Source: Deltaproteobacteria bacterium
GTDB lineage: Bacteria > Desulfobacterota > Binatia > DP-6
Direction of reading: 5' to 3'
Assembly (NCBI GenBank): GCA_005879585.1
Contig: VBKG01000337.1
Span: 1-52,609 of the forward strand
DNA length: 52,609 nt
Part shown: positions 1-10,229 of the stretch, piece by piece
How positions within the stretch are numbered: the stretch's first letter is position 1
Layout of the letters: every line of letters starts with the position of its first letter
Position numbers and translations under genes: made by a program
The notes under the pieces: generated by a model
Database searches by the model: none
The model's input: only the letters and a program-made list of their open reading frames with translations
What the model was told of the DNA's origin: nothing

Positions 1-1227
1 GACGTAGCCCGCGTCGACCGCGGCGCTGAACAGGTAGAACTTCCCCGTGAACCCCGCGGTGGGCGGGATGCCGGCGAGCGAGAGCATGAAGACGGCCATC
101 GTGAGCCCGAGGACGGGATGGCGGAAGCCGACGCCGGCGAAGTCCTGCAGCATCTCGTTCGGCTCGCCGCGGCGGCCGAGCGCGATCAGCACCGCGAAGG
201 CGCCGAGGTTCATGACCGCGTAGACGACCAGGTAGTAGAGGAGTGCGGCGCCCCCTGCCTTGCTCGCCGTGACCAACCCGACGAGCGCGTAGCCCGCGTG
301 CGCGATGCTCGAGTAGGCGAGCATGCGTTTCACGCTGCGCTGGGTCACGGCGCTGACGTTTCCGACCGTCATGGTGAGCGCCGCCAGCACCCAGAGGACC
401 CCGGTCCAGCCTGCGGCGACGGGCAGCAGCGCGTCGAGGAGCACCCGCGCGAACGCGGCGAACGCCGCGGCCTTGACGCCGACCGCCATGAACGCGGTGA
501 CGGCCGTTGGCGCGCCCTCGTACACGTCGGGGGTCCAGACGTGAAACGGGATCAGCGCCACCTTGAAGCCGAAGCCGACGAGGAGGAGGGCCAGGCCGAG
601 CACCATGAAGGGCGTGAGCCCGTCGCGGGCGGCCACGCGCGCCACGACGTCGAGCCGGGTGCTGCCCGTCGCGCCGTAGAAGAAGGCGATGCCGTAGAGG
701 AGGAAGCCGGTCGCGAAGGCGCCGAGCAGGAAGTACTTGAGCGAGGCCTCGTTCGAGCGGACCTCGCGGCGCAGCATGCCGACCAGCACGTACACCGCGA
801 CCGACATGATCTCGAGCGCCAGGAAGATCACGATCAGGTCGTTGGCGGCGGCCATGAAGACCATTCCGGAGGTCGACAGCAGCATGAGCGCGAAATATTC
901 GCCCGCCGGCAGTGCGTGGAGACGCAGGAAGTCGACGGAGAGGAGCACGGTGAGCGCCGTCGCGCCGACGAGGAGCAGGGTGAAGAAGAGCGCGTAGCGA
1001 TCGCCGCGGAGCGTCTCTCCGAAGCCGCCGCCCGCGCCCTGCGCCCAGAGCCAGAGGGCGGCGCCCGCGGCCGTTGCCAGGCCGACGAGGGCGAGGCCGG
1101 CGAGCGCATCGCGCTCGACGCCGGCCACCAGCACGTCGGCCACCATGATGATCATCGCGGTGACGGCTATCAGGAGGCCGGGGAGCGCCACCTCCCAGTG
1201 CGCGACGAAGGGGCCGACGTCGATCAT
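1..1227 (-). CDS. nuoN: NADH-quinone oxidoreductase subunit N (3' end runs off the window)
   Basis: Hand translation from ATG 1227 (ATGA overlap with the nuoM stop) gives a hydrophobic protein with the NuoN motif FKVALIPFHVWTPDVYEGAPT. It follows nuoM. Confidence 0.93.
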   Translation of the reverse strand, partial: MIDVGPFVAHWEVALPGLLIAVTAMIIMVADVLVAGVERDALAGLALVGLATAAGAALWLWAQGAGGGFGETLRGDRYALFFTLLLVGATALTVLLSVDFLRLHALPAGEYFALMLLSTSGMVFMAAANDLIVIFLALEIMSVAVYVLVGMLRREVRSNEASLKYFLLGAFATGFLLYGIAFFYGATGSTRLDVVARVAARDGLTPFMVLGLALLLVGFGFKVALIPFHVWTPDVYEGAPTAVTAFMAVGVKAAAFAAFARVLLDALLPVAAGWTGVLWVLAALTMTVGNVSAVTQRSVKRMLAYSSIAHAGYALVGLVTASKAGGAALLYYLVVYAVMNLGAFAVLIALGRRGEPNEMLQDFAGVGFRHPVLGLTMAVFMLSLAGIPPTAGFTGKFYLFSAAVDAGYV

Positions 1228-2726
1228 CGCGCTGCCAGCCGCGGCGCGCGCTCGGCCTCGACGTGCGCCAGGATGCGATCGATCGACGGCTGCATGCGGG
1301 AGAGGAACGGCGCCGGATAGAGGCCCATCGCGAAGCAGAGCGCGATGATCGGGACCAGCACGGCGAGCTCGCGCCCGCTGAGGTCCTCGAGCGCCGCGTT
1401 CTCGGGTCGCGCGAGCGGACCGAAGATGACACGCTCGTACATCCAGAGGAGATAGAGCGCGCCGAGGACGACGCCGCTGGTCGCCACCGTGGTGGCCCAC
1501 GGCCAGGGGCCGAACGCGCCGAGCAGGATCAGGAACTCGCCGACGAAGCCGTTGAGACCGGGAAGGCCGACCGAGGCAAGCATGACGACGAGGAAGCACG
1601 CGGCGTACACCGGCACCGCCGTCCAGAGCCCGCCGAAGTCGGCGATCATCCGCGTGTGCCTTCGCTCGTAGATCATGCCCACCAGCAGGAAGAGCGCGCC
1701 GGTCGAGAGGCCGTGGTTCAGCATCTGATACAGGCCACCGGACACCGCCGTCGGCGTGAGCGCGAAGAGCCCGAGCATCACGAACCCGAGATGCGAGACC
1801 GAGGAATAGGCGACGAGCTTCTTCAGGTCCGGCTGCACGGTCGCCACGAGCGCGCCGTACACGATGCCGGTGACGGCGAGCGCGACGACGACCGGCGACG
1901 CGGTCGCCACGGCCCCCGGAAACAGCGGGATCGCGAAGCGAAGGAATCCGTACGTCCCCATCTTCAGCAGCACCCCCGCCAGGATCACGGAGCCGCCGGT
2001 CGGTGCCTCCACGTGCGCGTCGGGCAGCCAGGTGTGGAGCGGGAAGAGCGGCACCTTGACGGCGAAGGCCAGCGCGAACGCCGCGAAGAGATAGAGCTGC
2101 TCGCGCGCGCCGAGGTGAAGGGCGAGAAAGCGCTCGTAGGCGAACCCGAAGTTCCCGGTCTGCGTCTTCACCTGCCACGCGAGGTAGAGGATGGCGACCA
2201 GCATGAGCAGGCTGCCGGTCATCGTGTACAGCACGAACTTGATGGCCGCATAGATGCGCCGCGGGCCACCCCAGACGCCGATCAGGAACGCCATCGGGAT
2301 GAGCATGACCTCCCAGAAGACGTAGAAGAGGAAGAGGTCGAGCGCGAGGAACGTGCCGAGCATGCCCGTCTCGAGGACGAGAAGGAGCGCGAAGAACTCC
2401 TTCACCCGGCGGTGGATGTCGCCCCACGACGCGAGCACGACGAGCGGCGTGAGAAAGGCGGTCAACAGGACGAGGAAGAGGCTCACGCCGTCCACTCCCA
2501 GCCGGTACTCGATCCCCCATGCCGGGATCCACGCCGCGCGCTCGATCAGCTGGAAGTCCGCCTCGCCGGCCCGGAAGCGCGCGAAGAGCCACAGCGAGAG
2601 CGCGAAGGGCACGAGCGCGAAGACGAGCGCGGCGCGGCGCACGGCGGCGAGCGGCTCGCGCGGCAGGAGGGCGAGCAGCACGGCACCCAGGAGCGGCGCG
2701 AAGACGAGCAGCGTGAGGAGCGGCAC
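1224..2726 (-). CDS. nuoM: NADH-quinone oxidoreductase subunit M
   Basis: C-terminal half of ORF 1224..4577; GTG start just after the nuoL stop. Motifs FYVFWEVMLIP, KVPLFPLHTWLPDAHVEAPT, LKKLVAYSSVSH. Confidence 0.95.
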   Translation of the reverse strand: MPLLTLLVFAPLLGAVLLALLPREPLAAVRRAALVFALVPFALSLWLFARFRAGEADFQLIERAAWIPAWGIEYRLGVDGVSLFLVLLTAFLTPLVVLASWGDIHRRVKEFFALLLVLETGMLGTFLALDLFLFYVFWEVMLIPMAFLIGVWGGPRRIYAAIKFVLYTMTGSLLMLVAILYLAWQVKTQTGNFGFAYERFLALHLGAREQLYLFAAFALAFAVKVPLFPLHTWLPDAHVEAPTGGSVILAGVLLKMGTYGFLRFAIPLFPGAVATASPVVVALAVTGIVYGALVATVQPDLKKLVAYSSVSHLGFVMLGLFALTPTAVSGGLYQMLNHGLSTGALFLLVGMIYERRHTRMIADFGGLWTAVPVYAACFLVVMLASVGLPGLNGFVGEFLILLGAFGPWPWATTVATSGVVLGALYLLWMYERVIFGPLARPENAALEDLSGRELAVLVPIIALCFAMGLYPAPFLSRMQPSIDRILAHVEAERAPRLAAR

Positions 2727-2728
2727 GG

Positions 2729-4882
2729 TCAGCGTCCCACGTAGTAGCCGAGGAGGGCGAGCGCACCGAGGAGGAAGAAGAGCGCGTAGTGCTGGACGTT
2801 GCCCGTCTGGAGCCGGCGCCAGACCCCGCTCGTCGCCGCGACGAGCATCCCCGTGCCGTTCACGGTCCCGTCGATCAGCTTCGGGTCGATGCCGCGCGCC
2901 GCGACGTCGGCGGCCGCGAAGAGCGGCCGGATCACCACGGCGTCGTACAGTTCGTCGACACGGAACTTGTCGCGCACCAGCTGGTAGAAGCCGCCGAGGC
3001 GGGCCGCGACCTGAGCCGGCACGGCCGGGTGGACGACGTGGAGCTGGTAGGCGAGCCACAGCCCTCCGACGGCAAGCCCGGTCGCGAGCGCCATCAGCGC
3101 GAGCGGCGCGCCGGCTTCGCCCCGGTGCCCGAGCAGCGCCGGCACCGGGAGAAATCCTCCCGCCACCGCGCCCACGGCCAGGATCGCGAGCGGCAGCGTC
3201 ATCACCGGCGGCGACTCGTGCACGTGGTGCTCCGCCTCGTGCGACAGCCGCGATCGACCGAGGAAGGTGAGGCAGAGGAGCCGTCCGGTGTAGTACGCGG
3301 TGAGCGCCGCCGCGACGAGACCGACGACGCCGAGGACAGGCATCTCGCGGAACGCGCTCGACACGATCTCGTCCTTGCTGAAGAACCCCGCAAGCGGCGG
3401 CACGCCCGCGATCGCGAGCCCGGCGGCGGCCATTGTCCAGAAGGTGACCGGCATGCGCTCGCGGAGCCCACCCATCCGCTGCATGTCCTGCTCGCCGCCG
3501 AGCCCGTGGATCACGCTGCCGGCACCGAGGAAGAGAAGGGCCTTGAAGAAGGCGTGGGTGACCAGGTGGAAGACCGCGGCGCCCGTCGCGCCGACGCCGA
3601 GACCGAGGAACATGTAGCCGAGCTGGCTGACGGTCGAGTACGCGAGCACCCGCTTGATGTCGGTCTGGGCAGTCGCGATGACGGCGGCGAAGAGCGCCGT
3701 CGCCGCCCCGACGACCGCCACGACGGTGAGCGCCGCAGGGGCCAGCGCGTAGAGCGCGTGGAGCCGCGCGATCATGTAGACGCCCGCCGTCACCATGGTG
3801 GCCGCATGGATCAGCGCGGAAACGGGCGTCGGCCCGGCCATCGCGTCGGGGAGCCACACGTAGAGCGGGAGCTGCGCCGACTTGCCGGTGGCGCCCATGA
3901 ACAGGAGGAGCCCGACGACGACCGGCACCGGCCAGCCGCCGATCGTCGCGGTGCGGAGGACGTCGAGGTGCCGCTCGATCTCCGCGACGTCGAGCGTCCA
4001 GAATCCGTGGCGGCCGAGCGTCCAGACCAGCACGAAGAGGCCGAGCAGGAAGCCGGCGTCGCCGATCCGGTTCACGAGAAACGCCTTCTTCCCCGCGGCC
4101 GCGTTCTCGGGCTTCTCGTACCAGAAGCCGATCAACAGGTACGAGCAGAGCCCCACGCCCTCCCAGCCGACGAAGAGGAGCACCAGGTTGTCGGCGAGGA
4201 CGAGGATGAGCATCGCGGTGGTGAAGAGGTTCAGGTAGGCGAAGTAGCGCGCGAACCCGCGGTCGCCCGACATGTAGCCGACCGAATACACGTGGATCAG
4301 GAAGCCGACGCCGGTCACGACGAGCGCCATGACCGCCGAGAGCGCATCGAGGCGGAGCACGGCATCGGCACGGAACGGTCCGGCGGCGATCCACGTGTAG
4401 ACGTGGTCGCGGAGGATCCCGCCCTCGGGCAGCGCGCGTAGCCGGAACGCGGCCACGACGGCGACCGCGAACGCCGCCCCGACGAGCCCGGGGCCGACCA
4501 CCTTCACGGCCGCAATGGCGCGTCGCCCGAGAAAGACGTGGAAGAAGACGCCCGCCGCGGGGAGGAGGACGATCCACCGGAGCGTCACCAGCTCGTCGGC
4601 GTTCGTCGTCTCACGGTTCCGGAAGAGCGCGAGGATGATGGCGAGGCCGACCGCCGCCTCCGCGGCGGCGACCGTCATCACGAAGAAGACGATCACCTGG
4701 CCGTCCATCGAGCCGAGGCTCCGGGCGAACGCCACGAACGTCAGGTTGACGGCATTCAGCATGAGCTCGATCGCCATGAAGATGACGATGATGTTCCGGC
4801 GCACGAGCACGCCGACGGTGCCGATCGCGAACACGACGGCGCTGAGGCCGAGGTACCAGGTGAGCGGCGCCCCCGGCGGCAT
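2729..4882 (-). CDS. nuoL: NADH-quinone oxidoreductase subunit L, in one open frame with upstream NuoK (NuoL part about 4588->2729)
   Basis: NuoL motifs [64 protein letters not shown]. No stop between the NuoK and NuoL sequences. Confidence 0.93.
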   Translation of the reverse strand: MPPGAPLTWYLGLSAVVFAIGTVGVLVRRNIIVIFMAIELMLNAVNLTFVAFARSLGSMDGQVIVFFVMTVAAAEAAVGLAIILALFRNRETTNADELVTLRWIVLLPAAGVFFHVFLGRRAIAAVKVVGPGLVGAAFAVAVVAAFRLRALPEGGILRDHVYTWIAAGPFRADAVLRLDALSAVMALVVTGVGFLIHVYSVGYMSGDRGFARYFAYLNLFTTAMLILVLADNLVLLFVGWEGVGLCSYLLIGFWYEKPENAAAGKKAFLVNRIGDAGFLLGLFVLVWTLGRHGFWTLDVAEIERHLDVLRTATIGGWPVPVVVGLLLFMGATGKSAQLPLYVWLPDAMAGPTPVSALIHAATMVTAGVYMIARLHALYALAPAALTVVAVVGAATALFAAVIATAQTDIKRVLAYSTVSQLGYMFLGLGVGATGAAVFHLVTHAFFKALLFLGAGSVIHGLGGEQDMQRMGGLRERMPVTFWTMAAAGLAIAGVPPLAGFFSKDEIVSSAFREMPVLGVVGLVAAALTAYYTGRLLCLTFLGRSRLSHEAEHHVHESPPVMTLPLAILAVGAVAGGFLPVPALLGHRGEAGAPLALMALATGLAVGGLWLAYQLHVVHPAVPAQVAARLGGFYQLVRDKFRVDELYDAVVIRPLFAAADVAARGIDPKLIDGTVNGTGMLVAATSGVWRRLQTGNVQHYALFFLLGALALLGYYVGR
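4574..4882 (-). CDS. nuoK: NADH-quinone oxidoreductase subunit K portion (no stop codon of its own)
   Basis: ATG 4882 directly after the nuoJ stop. [20 protein letters not shown] and [12 protein letters not shown] motifs; the NuoK-like tail ...[14 protein letters not shown] runs straight into NuoL. Confidence 0.9.
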
Positions 4883-4883
4883 G

Positions 4884-5378
4884 TCACCCCTTCCGGCTGG
4901 CGAGGCCGACCGCGCCCACGATGGCGACGAGCAGCAGCACGGACGTGAGCTCGAAGGGGAGCACGTACGCCGTGAACAGCCGGCGGGCAAGCGCGGCCGT
5001 GTCGCCGAAGCCCTCGGGGAGAGCCGGGGCGCCCGCTGGGGGCACCCGACGAAGCGCCGCCGCGACCAGCGCCGCGATCCCGATCCCGCCGCCGACCGCG
5101 ACCGCGACCACCGGCACGCCTGCGGTGGGACGCGATTCGGGCTGCGTCAGGTTGAGCAGCATGATGACGAAGAGGAAGAGCACGACGATGGCGCCGGCGT
5201 AGACGATCACCTGGAGGACCGCGACGAGCTGGGCGTCGAGCGCCACGAAGAAGACCGAGAGCAGGAAGAGCGTCACGACGAGCGCGCACGCGCTGTAGAC
5301 CGGGCTCGGGTGAGCGACGACCGTGAGCGCCGCCGCGACGACGAGGACCGCGAGCAGCAGGAACACGGGCGCGGTCAC
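4884..5378 (-). CDS. nuoJ: NADH-quinone oxidoreductase subunit J
   Basis: GTG 5378 overlaps the nuoH stop (GTGA). Motifs [20 protein letters not shown] and [16 protein letters not shown]. Confidence 0.93.
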   Translation of the reverse strand: MTAPVFLLLAVLVVAAALTVVAHPSPVYSACALVVTLFLLSVFFVALDAQLVAVLQVIVYAGAIVVLFLFVIMLLNLTQPESRPTAGVPVVAVAVGGGIGIAALVAAALRRVPPAGAPALPEGFGDTAALARRLFTAYVLPFELTSVLLLVAIVGAVGLASRKG

Positions 5379-6472
5379 GCGCCCCGCCCCGCGAGGAGCA
5401 CGAGCAGCGCCGAGACCATCACGTTGGCGAGCGACACCGGGAGCAGACCCTTCCAGCCGAGCCGCATGAGCTGGTCGTACCGGAAGCGCGGCAGCGTCCA
5501 GCGGATGACGATCTGCAGCCAGGTGAAGGCGATCACCTTGAGCGCGAACGCGGTCACCTGCAGGAGCGCCACGACGAGCGACGGCAGCGCCACCGCCGTC
5601 CCCCAGGGGAAGTGGAATCCGTCGCGCGCAAGATAGGGCACCTGCCAGCCGCCGAAGAAGAGCGTCGTCACGAGTGCCGCGACGAGCACCACCTCGACGA
5701 AGTCGCTCATCATGAACATCAGGTGCTTCGCCCCGGAGTATTCCGTGAAGTAGCCGCTCACGAGCTCCGACTCGCTCTCCGGGAGGTCGAACGGGATGCG
5801 CTTGCTCTCGGCGATGCCGGCGACCAGGAAGACGACGAAGGCGAGCGGCTGGTAGAGGATGCCCCACGCGGGCAGCCACCCCCAGAGGAGTCGGCCCTGC
5901 GCGCGGGCGATCTCCTGGAGGTCGAGCGTGTTGTAGGTGAGGACCACGCCGATCAGCGCGAGCCCCATCGCCACCTCGTACGAGATCATCTGCGCCGAGC
6001 CGCGGATGCCCCCGAGCAGCGACCAGCGGTTGTTCGATGCCCAGCCGGCGAGCACGACGCCGTAGACCCCGAGCGAGGCCATCGCGAGCACGAAGAGCAG
6101 CCCGACGTTCAGCTCGGCGCCCTGCAGGTTGATCAGCCGCCCGCCCAGCGCGAGCACGTCGCCAAAGGGCACGACGGCGAAGGTGGCAAGCGCAGGCACG
6201 AGGCTCGCGCATGGCGCGATGAAATGCAGCAGCCGGTCCGACTGTGCCGGCGTGATGTCCTCCTTCAGCAGGAACTTGATCGGATCGGCGATGAGCGTGT
6301 TCACGAGGCCGAGGCCGGCAAAGCCGAAGATCGCGGCGCGATTCGCCCCGATGCGGTCCTGGATGAGCGCGCTCACCTTGCGCTCGAAGAAGACGCCGAG
6401 CCCCATTATCTGGAGCGCGAGGAAGAGGGCGAAGAGGACCTTCGCCGTCGCGATGGCGACGTCGGCGGGCAC
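5375..6472 (-). CDS. nuoH: NADH-quinone oxidoreductase subunit H
   Basis: ERKVSALIQDRIG, AQMISYE, PFDLPESESELVSGYFTEYSG, RWTLPRFRYDQLM. Confidence 0.96.
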   Translation of the reverse strand: MPADVAIATAKVLFALFLALQIMGLGVFFERKVSALIQDRIGANRAAIFGFAGLGLVNTLIADPIKFLLKEDITPAQSDRLLHFIAPCASLVPALATFAVVPFGDVLALGGRLINLQGAELNVGLLFVLAMASLGVYGVVLAGWASNNRWSLLGGIRGSAQMISYEVAMGLALIGVVLTYNTLDLQEIARAQGRLLWGWLPAWGILYQPLAFVVFLVAGIAESKRIPFDLPESESELVSGYFTEYSGAKHLMFMMSDFVEVVLVAALVTTLFFGGWQVPYLARDGFHFPWGTAVALPSLVVALLQVTAFALKVIAFTWLQIVIRWTLPRFRYDQLMRLGWKGLLPVSLANVMVSALLVLLAGRGA

Positions 6473-6473
6473 G

Positions 6474-6965
6474 TCAGGTGCTGGCCAGGCGATCGATCAA
6501 GGCGAGCGTCCGCTCGACGGTCAAGCTCTCGTGGTACTCGGTGTTGTTCACCTGGAGCACGGGGGCCGTGTCGCACGACGCGAGGCACTCGACCTCCTCG
6601 AGCGAGAAGCGGCCGTCCGCCGTCTTCTCCCCGGAGCGGATCCCGAGCCGCTCCTCCACCGCGGCCCGGATGCCTTCGGCGCCGCGGAGCGCGCACGGCA
6701 GGGTCCGGCACACCTGGAGGTGCCAGCGACCCGGCGGCTGCTTCCAGTACATCGTGTAGAACGACGCGGTCGCGGTCACCCAGGCGAGCGGCAGCTCCAT
6801 CAGCTGCGCGACGTACTCGAGGACCGGCGGCGAGAGCCACCCGAACTCGCGCTGCGCGAGCCAGAGCGTCGGCAGCAGCGCCGCGCGGCGCTCCGGGTAG
6901 CGGCCGAGGATCGCCCGGTACTCGGCGAGGGCCGCCCCGGAGAATTGGGGGGCCTCAGTGGTCAC
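6474..6965 (-). CDS. nuoE: NADH-quinone oxidoreductase subunit E ([2Fe-2S])
   Basis: ASFYTMY plus the four-Cys motif CRTLPC...CLASC. Confidence 0.93.
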   Translation of the reverse strand: MTTEAPQFSGAALAEYRAILGRYPERRAALLPTLWLAQREFGWLSPPVLEYVAQLMELPLAWVTATASFYTMYWKQPPGRWHLQVCRTLPCALRGAEGIRAAVEERLGIRSGEKTADGRFSLEEVECLASCDTAPVLQVNNTEYHESLTVERTLALIDRLAST

Positions 6966-8154
6966 ATTCCCCCCCGATCATGTTGATCTGCCCGAAGGTG
7001 GTGATGATGTCCGCGATCATGTGCCCCCGAAGCATGTCGCCGAGCGCGGCCATGCCGTAGAAGCAGGGCGGCCGCACGCGGACGCGATACGGCCGGCCGC
7101 TGCCGTCGCTCACGAGGTAGAAGCCGAGCTCGCCATTCCCGCCCTCGGTGGCGACGTACACTTCGCCCGCCGGCACCTTCTGGCCCTCCATCACCAGCTT
7201 GAAGTGGTTCATGAGCCCCTCGATCGTCGTGTAGACCTGCTCCTTCGGGGGCAGCACGAAGCGGGGATCGTCGGCGAGGATCGGGCCGGGCGGCAGCTGT
7301 GCGAGCGCCTGGTCGATGATGCGCATGCTCTGTTCCATCTCGGCAAAGCGCACCATGAAGCGGTCGTAGTTGTCGCCGGTGGTGCCGGTCGGAATCTCGA
7401 AGTCCATCCGGTCGTAGACGAGATAGGGCTCCGCCTTGCGGACGTCGTACGGGACGCCCGTCGCGCGGAGGAGCGGACCGGTGAGACCCCACGAGACGGC
7501 GTCCGCCGACGGGAGCTTGCCGATGCCGACCATGCGGTCGACGAAGATGCGGTTCCGGGAGAGCAGCCGGTCGCAGTCGCCGAGGATGTCGCGGACGTGC
7601 TTCAGCGCGACGCGAGTCCGCTCCGTCATGTCGGCCGGCAGGTCCGTCATGACGCCGCCGAGCCGGCAGTACGTCACCGTGAGGCGCGCGCCGCAGATCG
7701 CCTCGACGAGGTCGTAGAGGAACTCGCGCGCCTCGAGCATGTAGAAACCAGCCGAGATCGCGCCGAGCTCGTTGGCCGCCATGCCGAGGCACGTGAGGTG
7801 ATCGGTGATGCGCGAGATCTCGCCGCCGATCACCCGGATGTATTGGGCGCGCTCGGGCGCCGTGAGGCCCGCGAGCTTCTCGACTGCGAGCGCGAAGCCC
7901 ACGTTGTTGAGCAGCGGCGAGGCGTAGTTCAGCCGATCGGCGTAGGGGAAGACGTGGTTCCACGTCCCCTGCTCGCACATCTTCTCGAAGCCGCGGTGCA
8001 GGTAGCCGATCTCGACGTCGACGTCGATGATCGTCTCGCCGTCGAGGCGGAGGTTGAACTTCACCGTGCCGTGCGACGCGGGGTGTGACGGCCCCATCTG
8101 GAGCGCCATCACCTCCGACGTCGGTTCCGCCTCGACGAAGCGCTGCGGCGTCAT
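6955..8154 (-). CDS. nuoD: NADH-quinone oxidoreductase subunit D
   Basis: ATG 8154 overlaps the nuoC stop. MGPSHPASHG, IGYLHRGFEK, DRLNY, GELGFY motifs. Confidence 0.96.
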   Translation of the reverse strand: MTPQRFVEAEPTSEVMALQMGPSHPASHGTVKFNLRLDGETIIDVDVEIGYLHRGFEKMCEQGTWNHVFPYADRLNYASPLLNNVGFALAVEKLAGLTAPERAQYIRVIGGEISRITDHLTCLGMAANELGAISAGFYMLEAREFLYDLVEAICGARLTVTYCRLGGVMTDLPADMTERTRVALKHVRDILGDCDRLLSRNRIFVDRMVGIGKLPSADAVSWGLTGPLLRATGVPYDVRKAEPYLVYDRMDFEIPTGTTGDNYDRFMVRFAEMEQSMRIIDQALAQLPPGPILADDPRFVLPPKEQVYTTIEGLMNHFKLVMEGQKVPAGEVYVATEGGNGELGFYLVSDGSGRPYRVRVRPPCFYGMAALGDMLRGHMIADIITTFGQINMIGGECDH

Positions 8155-8666
8155 GGACGCGGAAACCACGGGCGCTCGAGCGGATCGCGCTCGGCCACGA
8201 GCGGCTGCCGGCGGAGCAGCGGATAGTCCTTGCGCAGCGGGTAGCCCTCGAACTCCGGGTACATGAGGATGCGCCGGAGGTCGGGGTGACCGGTGAACCG
8301 TATGCCGAACATGTCCCAGGTCTCGCGCTCGGCCCAGATCGCCGACTTCCACAGCGACGAGACGGACGACACCACGGGATCCTCCTCCGGCACCGCAACC
8401 TTGACGCGCAGCCGGTGATTCCGCGCGATCGAGTAGAGCTGGTACACGACTTCGAACCGCGGGACGCGGCCGAGGTAATCCACGGCGGTCAGGTCCGAGA
8501 GCATCTCGAGCCGTACGTCGGGGTGGTCGCGGAGCGCGGCGAGCGCGTCACGCATCAGCGTCCGCTCGAGGTCCGCGACGGCCTGCCCGCGCACGACGTC
8601 GCTCGACCGGAGCGCGCCGGCGGGCAGGATCGAGGGCAGCCGCTCAAGAAGCTCCGCTTGCGTCAT
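8151..8666 (-). CDS. nuoC: NADH-quinone oxidoreductase subunit C
   Basis: DLTAVDY, RFEVVYQL, ERETWDMFGIRFTGHPDLRRIL, GYPLRKDYPL. Confidence 0.95.
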   Translation of the reverse strand: MTQAELLERLPSILPAGALRSSDVVRGQAVADLERTLMRDALAALRDHPDVRLEMLSDLTAVDYLGRVPRFEVVYQLYSIARNHRLRVKVAVPEEDPVVSSVSSLWKSAIWAERETWDMFGIRFTGHPDLRRILMYPEFEGYPLRKDYPLLRRQPLVAERDPLERPWFPRP

Positions 8667-8689
8667 GCACCGATCGGCGGCGGGCGCCG

Positions 8690-9046
8690 TCAGTCCCACT
8701 CGAGCGCGCCCTTGCGCCACACGTACACGAGTCCGACCGTGAGTACGAGGACGAAGACGCTCATCTCGACGAGCCCGAAGACGCCGAGCGGACGGAACAG
8801 AACTGCCCACGGGTACATGAACACCACCTCGACGTCGAAGACGATGAACAGAATCGCAGTGAGATAGAATTTCACCGAGAAACGCCCCCACGCGGGGCCG
8901 CTCGGCGGATTGCCGCACTCGAAGGCCGCCTCCTTCACGGGCGAGGGACGGCGCGGGCCGAGGAACATGCCGGCCGCGACGAACACCGCCGCCACCAGCC
9001 CCCCGAGCCCGAATGCGATCAGCACGGGAACGTACTGGAACTTCAT
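8690..9046 (-). CDS. nuoA: NADH-quinone oxidoreductase subunit A
   Basis: FECG, FYLTAILFIVFDVE, WRKGALEW motifs. Confidence 0.96.
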   Translation of the reverse strand: MKFQYVPVLIAFGLGGLVAAVFVAAGMFLGPRRPSPVKEAAFECGNPPSGPAWGRFSVKFYLTAILFIVFDVEVVFMYPWAVLFRPLGVFGLVEMSVFVLVLTVGLVYVWRKGALEWD

Positions 9047-9155
9047 CGCCGCGCTCCGGTCAGACGGCCACCTAATGGCAATCGACCAGGGCTGTCAAGG
9101 CAACGTCGCGTCTTTTGACTCCGCCGCGACGCTCTGGTACGCGCCCCTTCGGGCG

Positions 9156-10229
9156 ATGTCGGAGCCGATGCCGCTCGAGGCGCTGGCGGTGGCCGTGCGG
9201 ACGGCGTTCGGCGCGCGCGCCCGCGTCGTCGCCGCGGAGCCGCTCGCCGGCGATGCCTCCACGCGACGCTACGTCCGGCTGCGGCTGGCGGACGACGCGT
9301 CGCCGCCGACCGTCGTCGCGATGCTGTTCGGCAGCGATCGGCTGCCGCTCGGGTCGGAAGAGATCGGCGGCGAGGTGGGCGGCGACGAGCTGCCGTTCGT
9401 GAACGTCGGACGCTATCTCGCAGAGCACGCCCTCCCCGTCCCGCGCGTCCACCATCGGACGGACACGTTTCTCCTCCTCGAGGACATCGGCGACACGACG
9501 CTCTTTGCCGCGGCCCGCGCGGACACGGCTCGCGTGAGCGCCCTCTTCGGCGCCGCGGTCGACCTCGTCGTCGCTCTGCAGGTCGCCGGCGCGCGGCAGC
9601 CGGCTCCCGGCTGCTACGCGTTCCGGCAGCGCTTCGACGGCCGGCTGGCGCGCTGGGAGCTCGAGCACTTCGTCGAGCACGGGATCGAGACGCGGCATGG
9701 CCAGCGGCTGCCGGCCGCCGAGCGGGCGGCGCTCCTGACGGCGCTGGCGCCGCTCGCCGAGCCCTTCGAGCGCGCAACGCCCGTGCTCGCGCACCGCGAT
9801 TTCCACGCCTGGAACCTGCACGTGCACGACGGCCGCCTCCGCCTCATCGACTTCCAGGACGCGCTGCTCGCACCCGATGCCTACGACGTTGCTTCCCTCC
9901 TCACGGACCGCACGACCGCCGAGCTCGTGCCGCCAGCACTCGAGACGTCGCTCCTCGAGCGATTCGTCCGCGGGCGGGCCGCCGCCGGTGTCCCCGTCGA
10001 GCCGGGGTTTAGCGAGCGCTACCGTCGCTGCGCGCTCCAGCGCGCGCTCAAGGTGATCGGCCGCTTCTACTTCCTCGAGCGCGTCAAGGGAAAGCCGGGC
10101 TACCTCGCGTACCTGCCCGCCGTGTACGGTGTCGCGCGCCGACTGCTCCGCGCCGAGCCCGCGCTCGCTTCGGTGCTGCCGGAGCTCGTCAGGTGGGTAC
10201 CAGAGCTCGGCGAGGAGCCGCGCGCATGA
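9156..10229 (+). CDS. amgK: APH-family phosphotransferase, likely anomeric MurNAc/GlcNAc kinase
   Basis: GDASTRRYVR, HRDFHAWNL, IDFQDA. Translationally coupled to a nucleotidyltransferase, as in the amgK-murU recycling pair. Confidence 0.78.
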   Translation: MSEPMPLEALAVAVRTAFGARARVVAAEPLAGDASTRRYVRLRLADDASPPTVVAMLFGSDRLPLGSEEIGGEVGGDELPFVNVGRYLAEHALPVPRVHHRTDTFLLLEDIGDTTLFAAARADTARVSALFGAAVDLVVALQVAGARQPAPGCYAFRQRFDGRLARWELEHFVEHGIETRHGQRLPAAERAALLTALAPLAEPFERATPVLAHRDFHAWNLHVHDGRLRLIDFQDALLAPDAYDVASLLTDRTTAELVPPALETSLLERFVRGRAAAGVPVEPGFSERYRRCALQRALKVIGRFYFLERVKGKPGYLAYLPAVYGVARRLLRAEPALASVLPELVRWVPELGEEPRA

